Program-made: the position numbers and the translations under genes
Notes under the pieces: generated by a model
What the model was told of the DNA's origin: nothing
Seen by the model: only the letters and a program-made list of their open reading frames with translations
Database searches by the model: none
Part shown: in pieces, positions 47,520-60,840 of the stretch
Numbering within the stretch: the stretch's first letter is position 1
Layout of the letters: each line of letters begins with the position of its first letter
Assembly: GCF_006345805.1 (NCBI RefSeq)
Contig: NC_043016.1
Location: 30,194,001-30,258,000, forward strand
Direction: 5' to 3'
From: Octopus sinensis
Taxonomy: Eukaryota
DNA length: 64,000 bases

Positions 47520-47978
47520 GACACTAAACTCTGTTTGCGAAGACCTGTTGAGGCAAGTGAAATCAAAATCAAATTTGATGACTGGCATCCATGCTAGCGG
47601 AGTGCAAAGAGCACCATACGAGTGTGATCGTTGCCAGAGTGGCTAACTGGCTTCCATGCCGGTGGCACGTGAAAAGCACTACTCAAGCGTGATCATTATC
47701 AGTGTCACCTTACTGGCATCTGTGCCGGTGGCATGTGTAAAAATATTCGAGTAAGGTCGTTGCCAGTACCGCCTGACTGGCCCCATGCCGTTGGCACATA
47801 AAAAGCACCCACTACACTCTCGGAGTAGTTGGCTTTAGGAAGGGCATCCAGTGGTAGAAACTCTGCCAGATCAAGATTGGAGTCTGGTGCAGCCATCTGG
47901 TTCACCAGCCCTCAGTCAAAATTGTCCAACCCATGCTAGCATGGAAAGAGGACGTTAAACGATGATGATGATGATGAT
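47520..47978 (+). mobile_element. 5'-truncated RTE copy (3' UTR only, subfamily A)
   Basis: Matches the reverse complement of 33831-34410. Other RTE tails lie near 8815-8930, 29411-29710, 41448-41700, 48890-49160, 60300-60500, 62560-62735, 63050-63275 and 63692-64000. Confidence 0.8.
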
Positions 47979-48069
47979 GTAAGTGTGACAATGTTTTCCT
48001 CTTCTTACATCACCTTAAAGCAGGTTCCACATGACTAATCTGAATGCTTCCAGTTCAGGGTGGTGCAAG

Positions 48070-48324
48070 CAGTACCACCACCGCCCGCTCCTGGCTGACA
48101 TGGAGATAGAAAGATCTTGTATCCGCCGAAAAGGGCTGCTAGTTCCTGCGGGTCGGAGAGCCTGGTTTCACTAATGGCTGCTACATCCACACTGTGAAAC
48201 CTCAGGTCGTTTAACAGGTGACCCTGTTTCCAAGGTGACCCGAGGCCTATCACATTCAGGCAGCTGATTCTAATTTTGCCATGTTTCAAAAGGTGACAAA
48301 AAAAAAGAGAAAAAGGCTCTACTT
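48070..48324 (-). mobile_element. Inverted copy of the 5' end only of the Tx1-like element
   Basis: Reverse complement matches 42861-43107 with the same 5' start (aagtagagcc). It retains 17 bp (tggaaacagggtcacct) that are deleted in the long copy. Confidence 0.88.
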
Positions 48325-48483
48325 TCTTTAGTTTGTGACAGGCTGTCCATGCTTGTGCCTTCCTGATCTTGATGTCTGTTTCCAGAGTGCTCACCCAGCC
48401 ACTTTATATATAGAAGGCCTTAATTCTACTTAATTGGGCCTAACTTAGGGTTAAGCAACTAGAACCAAAAGATATCCCATATG

Positions 48484-48706
48484 TTAACCCTTTCATTACC
48501 AGCCCGGCTGAAATCGGCTTTGAGTACAAATGTCTTATTTTCATAAGTTTTGAATTAAAATCTTCCACCAAACCTTAGTCACAATTTATGTTCCTAACAC
48601 TAGCTTAATGATAACTAAGTTATTTTACTAAATTCTTGGTTGTATTTAAAATTAATTGAAAGAAACACAGAGCATCTCAAAATAAATACAGTAACGAAAG
48701 GGTTAA
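48484..48706. mobile_element. piggyBac-like MITE, second family
   Basis: ttaa|ccctttcattac ... gtaacgaaaggg|ttaa. Confidence 0.75.
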
Positions 48707-50216
48707 AGAACAGAGTTTCAATGTTGTTGATATCTTTGGACAGGAAAAAAGGAGTTTCTTTTATTAACTAGAATGTCTTAGGCATCTTGCTGTACATAAG
48801 AAGACCTGTCCTCCAGAGCAGAAAATTTATTGCCACATCCATTGCTGAAGAGGATTGGCCTACAAAAGTCTTGTGCCAGTATCACACATTGAAAGCACCC
48901 ATGCCAGCACCACGTTGAAAGCACCTGTGTCACATAAAAAGTACCCATGCTGGTGCCACATAAAAGCACCTGTGCCTGCACCTCATAAAAAAGCACATAG
49001 CACACACTGTAAAGCAGTTGGCATTAGGAAGGGTATCTAGCCATAGAAATCAAGCCATCAGACTGAAACCTGGTGCAACTTTCATGCTTGCTGGTTCTGG
49101 TCAAAGCATCCAACCCATACAAGCGTGGAGAGTGGACATTAAATGAAGATGGTGATGAGTATCATTGATCATTATTTCAGTTGCAATGCTTAGCATTATT
49201 TCATCTGCAACAACATTCTGAGTTCAAATTGTGCTGAGGTCGACTTTACCGTTCATTCTCAATAAATTAAGTACCAGTTAAGTACTGGGGTCAATGTAAT
49301 TGACTATCTCCCTCCCCACATATTCCATAGTAGAAAGGATTATTTCAATCACCGTCCCTTAAACTGGTATTACCAAATTTGAGCTATAGATCAGTGGCTG
49401 CAGGAAAAACAATGGGGAGTGTAGAATTCAAGTGGAGTATATAACCCTGGGGCAGAATGATTGGGTACAGACAGGGATGTATGGTTAAGCAATTTGCTTC
49501 ACAACCATGTGGTTTATGGTTTGAATCCTTCTAATTGACACCTTTGGCAAGTGTCTTAAAACAGCTTCATATTGACCAATGTTTCATCAGTGGAATATAC
49601 TAGGTTAAACCTGTGTGGAGCCATATGATTTTGGATTGTCTCACTGTATAACACCTTGGGTAAGTGTCTTCTACAGTAGCACCAGGCTGACCAAAGTCTT
49701 GTAAGTAGATTTGGCAGATGGAGTCTTGAAAGAATCTCATGTATGCACACACACAGATACATGCATACATACATACTTTATCTGTAGATTAACAACAGAT
49801 CTACCAATGGTTTCATGTGGAAGGGATATCCACAATTCTTGAATCAGCCCACATAAAAATCTAGTAATCATCTTCATTTTGAAGTATTTTTTAAGTGGAC
49901 TTCTTTAAGAATTGTATGCCCATTCTGCATAATACTATTGGTAGCTTTGTTAAGCTCCAAATAAGGAATATTTACCTACCAGATGCAGTGTTAAGCACTA
50001 ATTCTCACTGTTTGATACCATCATACATACATCCATACATATACATTGCTTGTCAGCTGGTGTTGGTTTGTTTACATTGCCATACCTTAGTGGTTTGGCA
50101 AAAGAGACCAACAGAATAGAATAAGTACTGGATAGATTTGAGTGAAACCCTTCAAGGTGATGCTCCAGTGTACCTGCAGTCCAATTAATACAATAAAAAC
50201 AAATGAAAGATAAAAG

Positions 50217-50250
<34 letters not shown>

Positions 50251-50454
50251 TAACATGTGTCTGCTCATGTATTAACATGTGTATGATTAGTTGTAATATA
50301 TATATATATGAGTGAGAATGCTTGCATGCATGTATACATACACACAAAATTAATAATGGTTTTATGTGGAAAGGATATCCACAATTCTTTAAGCAATCCA
50401 CTTAAAAAGATTCCAAAATGGAGATGACCTTCATTACCTGATCCAACAACTTAA

Positions 50455-51950
50455 TACCTCTGTAATTATTTGTATCTAAGCGTCACCTTTACCTTTGTAG
50501 CAGTTGACTATTAAGCTGCTACACCAGTCATTGGGTATGTCTCCTTCATGTATTACTTGGTTAACTATACATGTGATCAGGCTATAGCCGACACCGCCAG
50601 ATATTTTGAGCATCTCTGCAGTGATTCCTGATGGGCTGGGGGCTTTCCCTATCTTCATACCCTTAATTATTTTATCTACCAAGGTGCTGTCAATTCAGAT
50701 AGCTGGACCCTCTGTTGGGTTGGCATTCAGCACACACTCTTTCTCCCATTCATTCTCTTTATTCAGCAACCTTTCATAGTGGCATCTCCAAACCTCTCTC
50801 TTTGCAACCTCGCTTAGTGCAAGTGAACCATTATCCATGTGGATACATTTCTCTCCTACGTTATCATGATTCTCTCTCACACACTGTCTTGCAACACAAA
50901 ATACCTCAAGACTTTGGTCCTCACAGCACAGAACATTGGCAAAATTTTTCTTATCTGCTTCCTCTCTGGCTAAATAAACCTGTCTCCTAGCCTCCCTTCT
51001 GGCAGTCTCATACAATTCCTAGCTACCACCGTTCTTCCAGTCCTTCCAAGCCTGTTTCCTTTCTCTAATAGCCCTATCACCAACATTGTTCCACTACCAC
51101 GTTACCTTGGGTCGAGAAGGGACTTTGCACCATCAACAGATCTGGTCAGTGGCCCTCAGCAGGTTGTCCTGTAGAAACCTCTAGTTGTCTTCCACATCAT
51201 GTGATGCTATATCCCCTTCTATTTTGTCAAAGGCTTTGAGTAATACATCTCTAAATCTCTGTCAATTCACAGGATCTTTAAGCTTCCAGACCCTTCTCCA
51301 CCATACTGGTCGTCTTCTGGGCATCCATTTAGCCCTGATCCTGAAGTCGCTAACTACTAGTATATGTTGTGGGATACATTCTTTGCCTGGGAAGGTTTTG
51401 GTATTTATAAGCAGCCATCTTCCCCTTTTTCTGGCGATGATGTAGTCAATTTGGCTAGTGTGTCTGCCAGAATGGTAAGTGACTGGCAGGTTTCCTGAAG
51501 TTAGTATTGCAAACCATTAGATCATTTGCATTGCATAACTCCAGCAGCCTGGTACCCTCCTAATTGCGGGAACCAAAACCATAGCCTCTATGTACACCAT
51601 GTTGTCCAACACGTCCATTGAAGTCATCAGCTACAAAGAGATGGTCCCTGTCATTCGTCGAGGTAGTCTGCAAGAGGGTGTCATAAAATCAGGTTTTCTG
51701 TCCATCAGGTAGCCCCAGCTGAGGGGCATAGGCTGAGATAATGGTTGCTAATCCATGATGAAGCACTAATCTAATCTTAAGTATTCTATCGCATACTCTG
51801 ACTACCTTGATTACCTTATCAACCCATTTCTCTGCAAGTATACCAACAACCCCAACCCTGTCAGTGTTCCCTGCTCAAAACATCTTGTACCTGTATTCTT
51901 TGCCTGTAAGAAACCTAGCGGAGCCTCCTCTCCACCTTACTTCTTGGAGG
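50455..51950 (-). mobile_element. RTE-clade LINE fragment (AP endonuclease through start of RT), same family as 33831-36310
   Basis: Minus-strand translation gives ATIISAYAPQ, DDFNGRVG, SQIDYII, QHILVVSDF, then GKAPSPSGITAEMLK and CYKGKGDA. 50455-50910 is similar to 35855-36310. Many stops. Confidence 0.88.
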
Positions 51951-52562
51951 CAGCACAAATCTACACATCTAAAATTGTATTATAACTATTTATTGATATT
52001 GTTTTGAACTAATCAAGTATCATCTTGTACCATCGAGATTTTGTTAATGTGATAGTAAATTTTTTGAATGCCATTGTACTGTGTGAGAGACCCAATCCAG
52101 TTGGTTTGAACATAAAACAGGTAGAATATTTCAGCCAGCTATCACTAGTTTAAATACTAAAGGGTTAAAACAGTTATAGAAAATCTGTTTCAACGAATGA
52201 CAACCAATACAGGACAAGTGGAGAAAGTACTGTGAGTTGTAGAGTTGTTGGTAGAAGATACCTATAATAGAGATGGATATAAACAGGACCTATGAAGTAA
52301 TAGTAAGATTAGATCTGAAAGCAGTGACCTCACACCTGCAAATATGGGATGGTGTGGAAAATAACTGAATTGAAGAAGAGTTGGCTGTGTGGTAAGAAGC
52401 TTGCTTCCCAACCATATGGTTAGTTCCGAGTTCAGTTCCGCTGCATGGCACCTTAGGCAAGTGTCTTCTACTACAGACCTGGGCCGACCAAACCCTTGTG
52501 AGTAGATTTGGTAGATGGAAAGTGAAAAAGCCATCATAATCATCATCATCATCATCATCATC

Positions 52563-52615
<53 letters not shown>

Positions 52616-53670
52616 AATCATCATTTTAGCATCCACTTTCTCATGCTTGAATGAATGAGAGGAAAGATGTTGAGGCAGATTTTCTATAATTGGATGTCTT
52701 TCCTGTCATTTTTCTGTCTTTCCTGACTTTTTTGAAGTAACTACATCCCACAAAGTATGATGGCAAGCTGGTAGAATCATTAGCATGCCAGGCAAAATGC
52801 TTAGCGATATTTCAGCCATCTTCCCTGTTCTAAGATCAAATTCCACCAAAGTCGACTTTACCTTTTGTCATTTCAGGGTCAATAAAATAAGTACCAGTTG
52901 AGCACTAGGGTCGATGTAATCGACTTAACCTCTCCCCTGAAATGGCTGGCCTTGTGCCAAATATTAAAGACAGCAATCTGGCAGAATCTTTAGCATATCA
53001 GGCAAAATACTTAGCAACATTTCGTCCATTCATACGTTCTGAGTTCTAATTCATCCTTTGCATTTCGTCCTTTTGGAGTTGACAACATAAGTACCAGTTG
53101 AGTACTGGGGTTGATGTAATCAACTTAACCCTCCAGCAGCAGCACCACCACCACCACCACTCTGAAGTTGTTGGCCTTGAGCCAAAATTTGAAAGTAATA
53201 CATCCCCAGAACTGGACATGTTTACACAAGATTGGAAACAAAAGTACATTGATAAGATTGGTAGTTACACCTGTTGCATAATGTCAAGACAAAGACACAC
53301 ATACACTCAAGACTTTGGTTGGCTTCAAGCTATAACAGAAAACACTAGCTCAATGTGCCCCACAATGAGAGTGAACCCAGCATCATTGGTCAGGAAGCAA
53401 ACTTTCAACGACAGGTCTATACCAAATGATAATAATAAGATGGTGCTAATGATGAAGATGGTAATGATATTGTTTTCCATTGATTAAACAATCACAATAC
53501 AGAGATATCTTAATCATATTCTAATCTTAATAACTCTGATAATCAACATCTCAAATTCTCCACAAGATTAAATACTTTTGCAACAGATACAGTTAACAAA
53601 TGTGGCAGGATTAGGAAATTATATCATTTTATATGAAAGTTAATTGAAAAATAAAGTGAAAATTAAGTTA

Positions 53671-54666
53671 TTATTTTTGAAGAACAGGAGACAAATCTGA
53701 AGGATTTTCTATGATCTGGATAACCATTCCACCATCCAGAAGAGACGTAGCTGTTTGAGAGAGAGGAGAAGAAAAACAGGTGTGAGAGTCAAAGATGGCT
53801 TTGTCATCAATAACATAGCTACACTCTTGACACATATAATACTGTTTCTCGTCAAAATTGTCATTAGTGATGTCCATTGTCTCCACATAGATCTCATTAA
53901 CCTCTTGTACTTTATTTTCAATATCTCCACTATTGTCTGTATTATAATTTACAATCTCTTTCTCTGCTCCTCCTCCATGATGAGATCGTACATGTGCTTT
54001 TAATGAAGATTTGTAACGAGTAGAACAATCACAAGACGAGCACTTGTAGACTTTCACGTCACTATGGGAAAGCATGTGAGACTTTAAGGAACGTGCCTCG
54101 CGGAATGATGAGCCACATGTATGGCAAAGGTTAGGACGATTTTCTGAATGTTTCGCAAGATGCGACCTAAGGTTACTTTTGTCATTAGTAGCAAAATTGC
54201 AAACTTGACAAACAAATGGTTTCAATCCAGAATGTTTAAGAACATGCTCTTTAAGGTTTTTCTTCCATGCAGTCCGAAAATCACAAAGATCACATTTGTA
54301 GCATCTTTCCCCAGTGTGAATTCTTAGATGATGTTCCAAATCCCGCGGTGATCCTGTCCGATAATCACATTGTAAGCAACAAAGTGGCTTTGATGGATTA
54401 CTGCTGCATTTGTGGTCACGTACCTCTTCAGAAGATTTAAAACCAAGTTGGCACAGTGAACAACGGTGAGGGCGTCGCACCATCCTGCATGCAAAATCTT
54501 GATGGAATTTCAATGTCAACAGAGTTGCAAATGTCCTTAAAGCAGTCTTTACACTGGTTTGGTTTCACTTCTTTCCCTAATTTATGAAGTTGCTTTTCAT
54601 GGCGCTGCAAATGGTGAGGGTGAAAAAAAGCAGCAGAACAATAACTGCATTTGTAATGGCGTTCCT
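53671..54666 (-). CDS. Last coding exon of a multi-C2H2/C2HC zinc-finger transcription factor (about 9 fingers), with a 1-nt frameshift at 54535-54536
   Basis: Acceptor ttttttacatttttcag. Fingers: YKCSYC..HEKQLH; CKDC..H..C; CSLC..HKC; CLQC..HLRIH(TGER); CDLC..HVLKH; CQVC..HLAKH; CHTC..HMLSH; CSSC..HVRSHH; CQEC..HTC. Ends in a TAA TAA double stop at 53673-53668. Confidence 0.88.
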
Positions 54667-55656
54667 CTGAAAAATGTAAAAAAAAGAAAGAAAGAAAGAA
54701 ATTAAAGAATTTGTCAGCTTACTGTTCAAAGAAATTTGAAATAAGTTTTTACAAATACACCAATAACTATTACAAAGAGAAGGAATTTATTACATGTGTT
54801 TAAATTTCAAAACAGAAATAGCAGAAAATGGTATTAACGGGATGGAACTGAAGTTATCATATGTTGAATTATGGAATATCTAATTTAGGAACATAGTAAT
54901 AAACTAATCTCCATAAACTCTAAAGTATTAATAATATGAGTTACATAGTTGGTAATACTGATTTCAGATTTTAGCACAAGGCCAGCAGGTTTGGGGGAGG
55001 GCACCAGTTGCTTAGATCAACCTCAGTGTTCAACAGGTACTTATTTTATCAACCCCAGAAGGATGAAAGGTAAAGTCGATCTCAGCAGAATTTAAACTCA
55101 GAACATGAAGATGGACCAAATGCTGCCAAATATTTTGCCCAGTGTGCTAACGATTCTGCCAGATTGCAGCCTTATAGTTGGTAATGAGTAGGTGGACTAC
55201 TTGTGATAACATCAAAACAGTTCATTTCATTATTACATTTGTTGTTGTTGTTAAGGCAGCAAGTTGGCAGAATCATCCATCTTCATGGTCTGACTTCAAA
55301 TTCTGCTGAGGTTGATTTTGTCTTTTGTCCTTTCAGGGTCAATAAATTAAGGACCAGTGAGACACTGGGGTTGATGAAATTGATCAGTTCTCTCCCCCAA
55401 AATTTCAGGCCTTGTGCCTTTAGTAGAAAGGCTTATTATTATTATTAAAAGCAATGTATTGCAAGAATCATTAGAGTGTTGGGAAAATGCCTTGACATAG
55501 TTGTTCGAGTCCTTTGTGTTCTGAGTTCAAGTCTTTGCCTTTCCTCACTGTGACGTCAATGAAATAAAGTATCAGTCTGAATGTTTAGTGGTGGGGGTCA
55601 ACTAAACCCTACATCTAAAAAATTTTAGCTATGTGCCTAAATCAGAAACTATTATT

Positions 55657-56192
55657 ATTGAGTGAGAGAGCAGTGCATGCTATCAAAGCCCAATATACCC
55701 ATCATGACTACCCATCTGCTAAGGGTACACCAGGCACATGCATCACAACCATATGTTCATGACATGGTGATCTCATATCAAGATAAACAATGCATGACAT
55801 GACCTTGCAGGTGGGGCCCAGAATTTTCTTCAGGTCAAGTAGCCCATCTGGTTCGAATGGTTCCTGAATAAGGGTTGTTTACAGATGATGAACAAAACAC
55901 CCATGTTTCCAAGGGTAAATTATCTAAACCCCAAAGAATCCCTCTCAACACATGGCTATGATGCTCCCCCACTACTTCTGCACATGATCAGAGATGCACA
56001 TATCGTCAGCCACTAAGGGACATGCTCAACTGGTTAAGGTCAAACAACTGACAAGCAAATCTGTAGTATTGAGCAGAATATTTGCTGTAGCCCATCTTTT
56101 ATACCAAAACAAGACAATGTACATGATAACACTTCCAATCAGTTAAGATCAGAAGCCATGAGAGCCACTGTCTGGTACTGCATCAGGGCATA

Positions 56193-56241
<49 letters not shown>

Positions 56242-56575
56242 GGTATTCTTAAGACGGCAAGCTGTCAGAATCTTTAGCAAAGTGCTTAGGGGTATTATCC
56301 AAACCTCCAAGAATTCCTTTCAACACATGGCTATGATGCTCCCCCACTACTTCTGCACATGATCAGAGATGCACATATCATCAGCCACTAAGGGACATGC
56401 TCAACTGGTTACGGTCAAACAACTGACAAGCAAATCTGTAGTATTGAGCAGAATATTTGCTGTAGCCCATCTTTTATACCAAGACAAAACAATGTACATG
56501 ATAACACTTCCAATCATTTAAGATCAGCAGCCATGAGAGCCACTGTCTGGTACTGCATCAGGGCAGTTATTATTA
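55657..56575 (+). repeat. Two consecutive copies of an interspersed repeat ending in (ATT)n
   Basis: About 250 bp shared between 55930-56190 and 56300-56555, each followed by att repeats. Confidence 0.75.
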
Positions 56576-57130
56576 TTTTTACTATTATTAAGGGCATTTC
56601 ATCCATCATTATATTCCGAGTTCAAATTCTGCTTAGGTCAACTGCCTTTCATCCTTGCAGAGTGAATGAAATAAGCACCAGCTGAGCACTGGAGGGGGTC
56701 AATGTAAATAACTAGCCCTCCCCTCCTCCAAAGTTTCAGGTCTTATGCCTGCAGTAAAAAAGATTATTGCTATTAAGGGCATTTCATCTTGTGTTTACAT
56801 TCTGCAGAGGTCGACTTTGCCTTTCATGGTTGATAAAATAAGTACTAGTTAAGTACTCATGTTAGTGTAATCAACTTGTTTCCTCCCCTAAAATTTCATG
56901 CCTTGTACCCATAGAAAACAGTATCATTATTAGTATTATTATTATTATTGTTAAAAAGGCAGTGAGTTGGCAGAATTGTTAGCATGCCAGGTGAAATGCT
57001 TAGCAGCATTTTGTCTGTTGCTACATTCTAATATTAAATCCCACTGAGGTCAACTGTCTTTCACCCTTACAGAAGTACCAGTGAAATACTGGAGTCGATG
57101 TAATTGACTAGTCCTCTCTCCCAAAATCTA

Positions 57131-57296
57131 ATCATCATCATCATCATCATCGTTTAACGTCCGTTTTCCGCACTAGCACGGGTTGGACGGTTCGACCGGG
57201 GTCTGGGGAAGCCAGGGGCTGCTCCAGACTCCAGTCTGATCTGGCAGAATTTCTACGGCTGGATGCTCTTCCTAACGCCAACCACTCCGCGAGTGT
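57131..57296 (-). mobile_element. RTE 3'-tail element (subfamily B)
   Basis: (CAT)n at the left end; 5' junction at 57296 is fused to a duplicated block. Confidence 0.85.
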
Positions 57297-57575
57297 ACTG
57301 TAAAGTGGTTGGTATTTAGAAGGGCATCCAGCTGTAAAAACCATGACAAAACAAATTTCGCCAGTGTTGGTGCCACGTAAAAAGTACTGTCCACTCTGTA
57401 AGCAAAAACAAACAGTGAAATCTGGGGCAGTCTTTTGCCTAGCTAGGCCCTGACTAACTGTCTAACCCACGCCAGCATGGAAAATGGACGTTAAATGATG
57501 ATGATGATAATAACAATGAATTAATTCTACCAGACCCTTCTTCATAGAATCTGATTTGATTATTTTCGGTGCAGC
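57297..57575 (+). repeat. 279-bp direct duplicate of 58021-58299
   Basis: 4 mismatches; includes about 65 bp of non-repeat flank beyond the old RTE tail. Confidence 0.92.
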
Positions 57576-58780
57576 TAATAGCTTTGAGATTTTAATGATG
57601 TGATTGCTTAGTTTTAGGACATTGTAGGGTAGGTGTGAGAAGCTGGATTTGGGTGATTTGAACATAAAACAAGCAGAATATTTGGGCAGGATATGGCTGG
57701 TTTAAATACTAAAGGCTTAAGAGAATAAAATCAGATATATGTAACCCTTTTGTTTTAAGATTAAAGTATCATTGAAATATAGAGAATTGAAGTGAATGTA
57801 ACATGAAAACTTACATTAAATGAAATAAAAATCATTCTGTAAAATATTGGAAAATATTATCCTTTTAAAAGTTATAATGAAAAACACTATATCTATAGAA
57901 GAGGGGTTAAATTAAAAATATAAATCCAAATTTTAATAACATTTTAGAAACAGGATCTCAAAGGGTCTTTGTCTTGCAAGTTACTTGGTGACCCTGCCAG
58001 TGCTGATGCATCCAGTTCACACTGTAAAGTGGTTGGTATTTAGAAGGGCATCCAGCTGTAAGAACCATGACAAAACAAATTTCGCCAGTGTTGGTGCCAC
58101 GTAAAAAGCACTGTCCACTCTGTAAGCAAAAACAAACAGTGAAACCTGGGGCAGTCTTTTGCCTAGCTAGGCCCTGACTAACTGTCTAACCCATGCCAGC
58201 ATGGAAAATGGACGTTAAATGATGATGATGATAATAACAATGAATTAATTCTACCAGACCCTTCTTCATAGAATCTGATTTGATTATTTTCGGTGCAGCA
58301 AATAGTCACATTACTGTCTGCAGAATAGGAAATTTTAATAAATATTAATTTTTTACATTTTTACCAACACTGACCCCACAGCTTTGCACAGCATTTCATT
58401 CTTTATAGCTACTCTCACCACTTATGTGTGTTGGACATAACTTACTCTAGCACAGCATCATCTATCATCTCTTTACCATGAGGTTCAATCTTTCTTCAGA
58501 TCAGCTTTCACCACTTCATCCCTATGTCTTCCTCTCACACAAGTAAACTTCCATTTGGATCATTTGGTATTTCTTTATCTTATTGCTGTAATTCAGAAAT
58601 GTCACATGTCAGTATCAACACAGTCTTCTCTCATGCCAAAGGGCAGCCCATAACTATGCAAGGAACAATTGTCGCTCTGTGAGGTATTTTCAAACATCCA
58701 CATACCCAGGAATGCATGATACTGTACAGCAATGATGCATTTCATGTGCAAAACTGAACTGAAAGTATAAGCACAAGATA

Positions 58781-58953
58781 TACTAGTGGGTGCTGAGAAG
58801 TTCCTGGTTTTAAGAGTATGATAGAAGCCCCACCTAAGTTCTTTTACAGGACTTAGAAAAACTGAAGGACCACTGCAATACGAGTGTGAATCTGAAAGGG
58901 GAATATGTATTTTCTTTTACCCAAAGCCAGGAACTTTTCAGTATTCCCCCATA
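58781..58953. mobile_element. Small Tc1/mariner-type MITE
   Basis: Imperfect TIRs of about 28 bp (gggtgctgagaagttcctggtttt / aaagccaggaacttttcagtattccc) with TA-like ends. Confidence 0.5.
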
Positions 58954-59137
58954 TGAGGTTCTCATCATTAATGGCAACTAGACTGAAAGAATAAAATACA
59001 CACAAGGGACCTTTTGCTTCAAAATCTATGAGCTCTAAGTAACTGAAGAATTTTTGGCCTATAAATTTCTGACAGATATGCACAAATAAAATAACTGGGG
59101 ACTTTGGTAATGCTACCTTGTATCATATTTTTAAGTA

Positions 59138-59703
59138 TTGGGTTGACAGGAAAGTTCGTGCCGATATATAGTAGCTTACTTTTCAACTTATTTTAGAACA
59201 TGGTTGAGTCCATAAAATAGGATTTGACTACACCTCCATTTAGAGCACAGTTTAAGCTATCTTTTCGTGGAAGAAGATTTATGTTCCTATAACCTGTGTT
59301 AATTCTGTAACCCTTTAAAATAGAAGATAAGAAAGTTCATTTTCGGCACTTGATGCTTTGGGAACCAGACAAAAATTGCTGCAGCTCAGCTGGGGTGTGT
59401 TACCCCACCCTCTATATTCACCAGATGTTGTTCCTTCAGGTTTCCACATATTCAGGTCTCTGCAGAATAGTCTTAATGGCAAAAATTTCAATTCCTTGGA
59501 TGACGTAAAAAGATACCTTGATCAATTCTTTGCCATGAAACCACCTCAATTCTGAGAAGAGGGTATTTTCAAGTTAAAGGAAAGATGGATATGCATTGTG
59601 CAACAAAATGGTTCATATTTGGTTGATTAAGAATGTAATGGCAAGTATTTATTGACTTTTTTCTTTCCTTTAAAAATCGGTATGAACTTTCCGGACAAAC
59701 CAA
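59138..59703 (+). mobile_element. Internally deleted mariner derivative
   Basis: Imperfect TIRs (ttgggttgacaggaaagttcgtgccgat / atcggtatgaactttccggacaaaccaa) with TA flanks. EDKKVHFRHLML is joined directly to TRQKLLQLSWGVLPHPLYSPD. Confidence 0.88.
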
Positions 59704-60840
59704 TAAAATGAGAAAACTCAGAATGAATATATTATGAAGTTTTCTTCTCATCGGAAACACTGACAGACTCTATTCATTCAATGTCTGTTTTTCCAAACAA
59801 GCATGTATTTGAAGCAGGATACTACAGGTGATGTTACTTCTTACATATTTTTCAAGTAAGGAATTTTTTTTTTTTAATTCCACACAGAGCAACTAACCCA
59901 CAATGTTAACAAGGAAAAAGTTATCAAATCACCATTTTGCTCAAGCATAGCCATAGAACGTCAACATTCATGCACACACACACCATTGCCGCCACCACCA
60001 CCTCCACTGCTAATGTTTTAACATTCACTTTTTTTTTGTGTGTTTGCCTGGATCAGGTAATATTTACTAAGGCAGATTTTCCACAGTCAAATATTCTTCC
60101 TGCTGGCAATCCTCACCTGTTTCCAAGAAAGGCAATATTTCTCCCAAGGTAGGATATGCTTTCGCAGAAGATTGAAAATGAACAACACCGCATGAATAAC
60201 AATAATGTTCATTTACATCAAGCGATGCCAAGGCAGGAGATACACACACACATACACACATACAGTTATTAATACATATGCAACATGTTGTTTTCAGTAT
60301 CATCATTATCAACAATATTTAACATCTGTTTTCTATGCTGGCATGGGTTGGATGGCTTGACAGGACAGACAAGGCCAGGGGCTACACCAGGTTCCATAGT
60401 CTGTTTTGGCTTGGTTTCTACAGCTAGATGCCCTTCCTAATGCCAGTATGTACTGGATGCTTTTTACATGGCACCATCACCAGTGCTTTTTACAAGTCAC
60501 CTTCATTTCAAGATTGCAATTCTGTTGAGGTGGACGGGTTTTATCCATTTACCAAAATCCATTCTCAAGGCTTTGGTTGATTCAGAGAAAACTCTTTGCT
60601 TAAGATGCCATGCAGTGAGACTGACCCCCAAAGCTATATTCTTGACCAGAGTCATGCCTATGTCAATAAAATGAAGTTAAAACTTATAAAGAATTATTAC
60701 AACCCCCGCCCCCCCAAAAAAACTGCATAATGTTAAATGATTGAAAAGATGCAAGACACATTAGAAAAAAACTGATAACAAAGGACAAAGGAAGACAGTT
60801 TAAATAAAAATAGTTAAGAATCAAATATTCAGGAACTTAC

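Larger units (their letters stand above)
54667..60840 (-). other. GT-AG intron (6174 bp) of the zinc-finger gene
   Basis: gtaagt at 60840, tttcag ending at 54667, phases compatible. Filled with SINEs, RTE tails and a mariner derivative. Additional small exons inside it cannot be excluded. Confidence 0.7.

Noticed and set aside
49805-50410. Imperfect direct repeat of about 55 bp (49805-49860 and 50355-50410)
   Set aside because: Too diverged and short to distinguish an old local duplication from two remnants of a repeat family; no LTR features.
54530-54545. Programmed ribosomal frameshift in the zinc-finger gene
   Set aside because: No recognisable slippery site, stop-codon pause or downstream structure; a sequencing error or mutation is far simpler.
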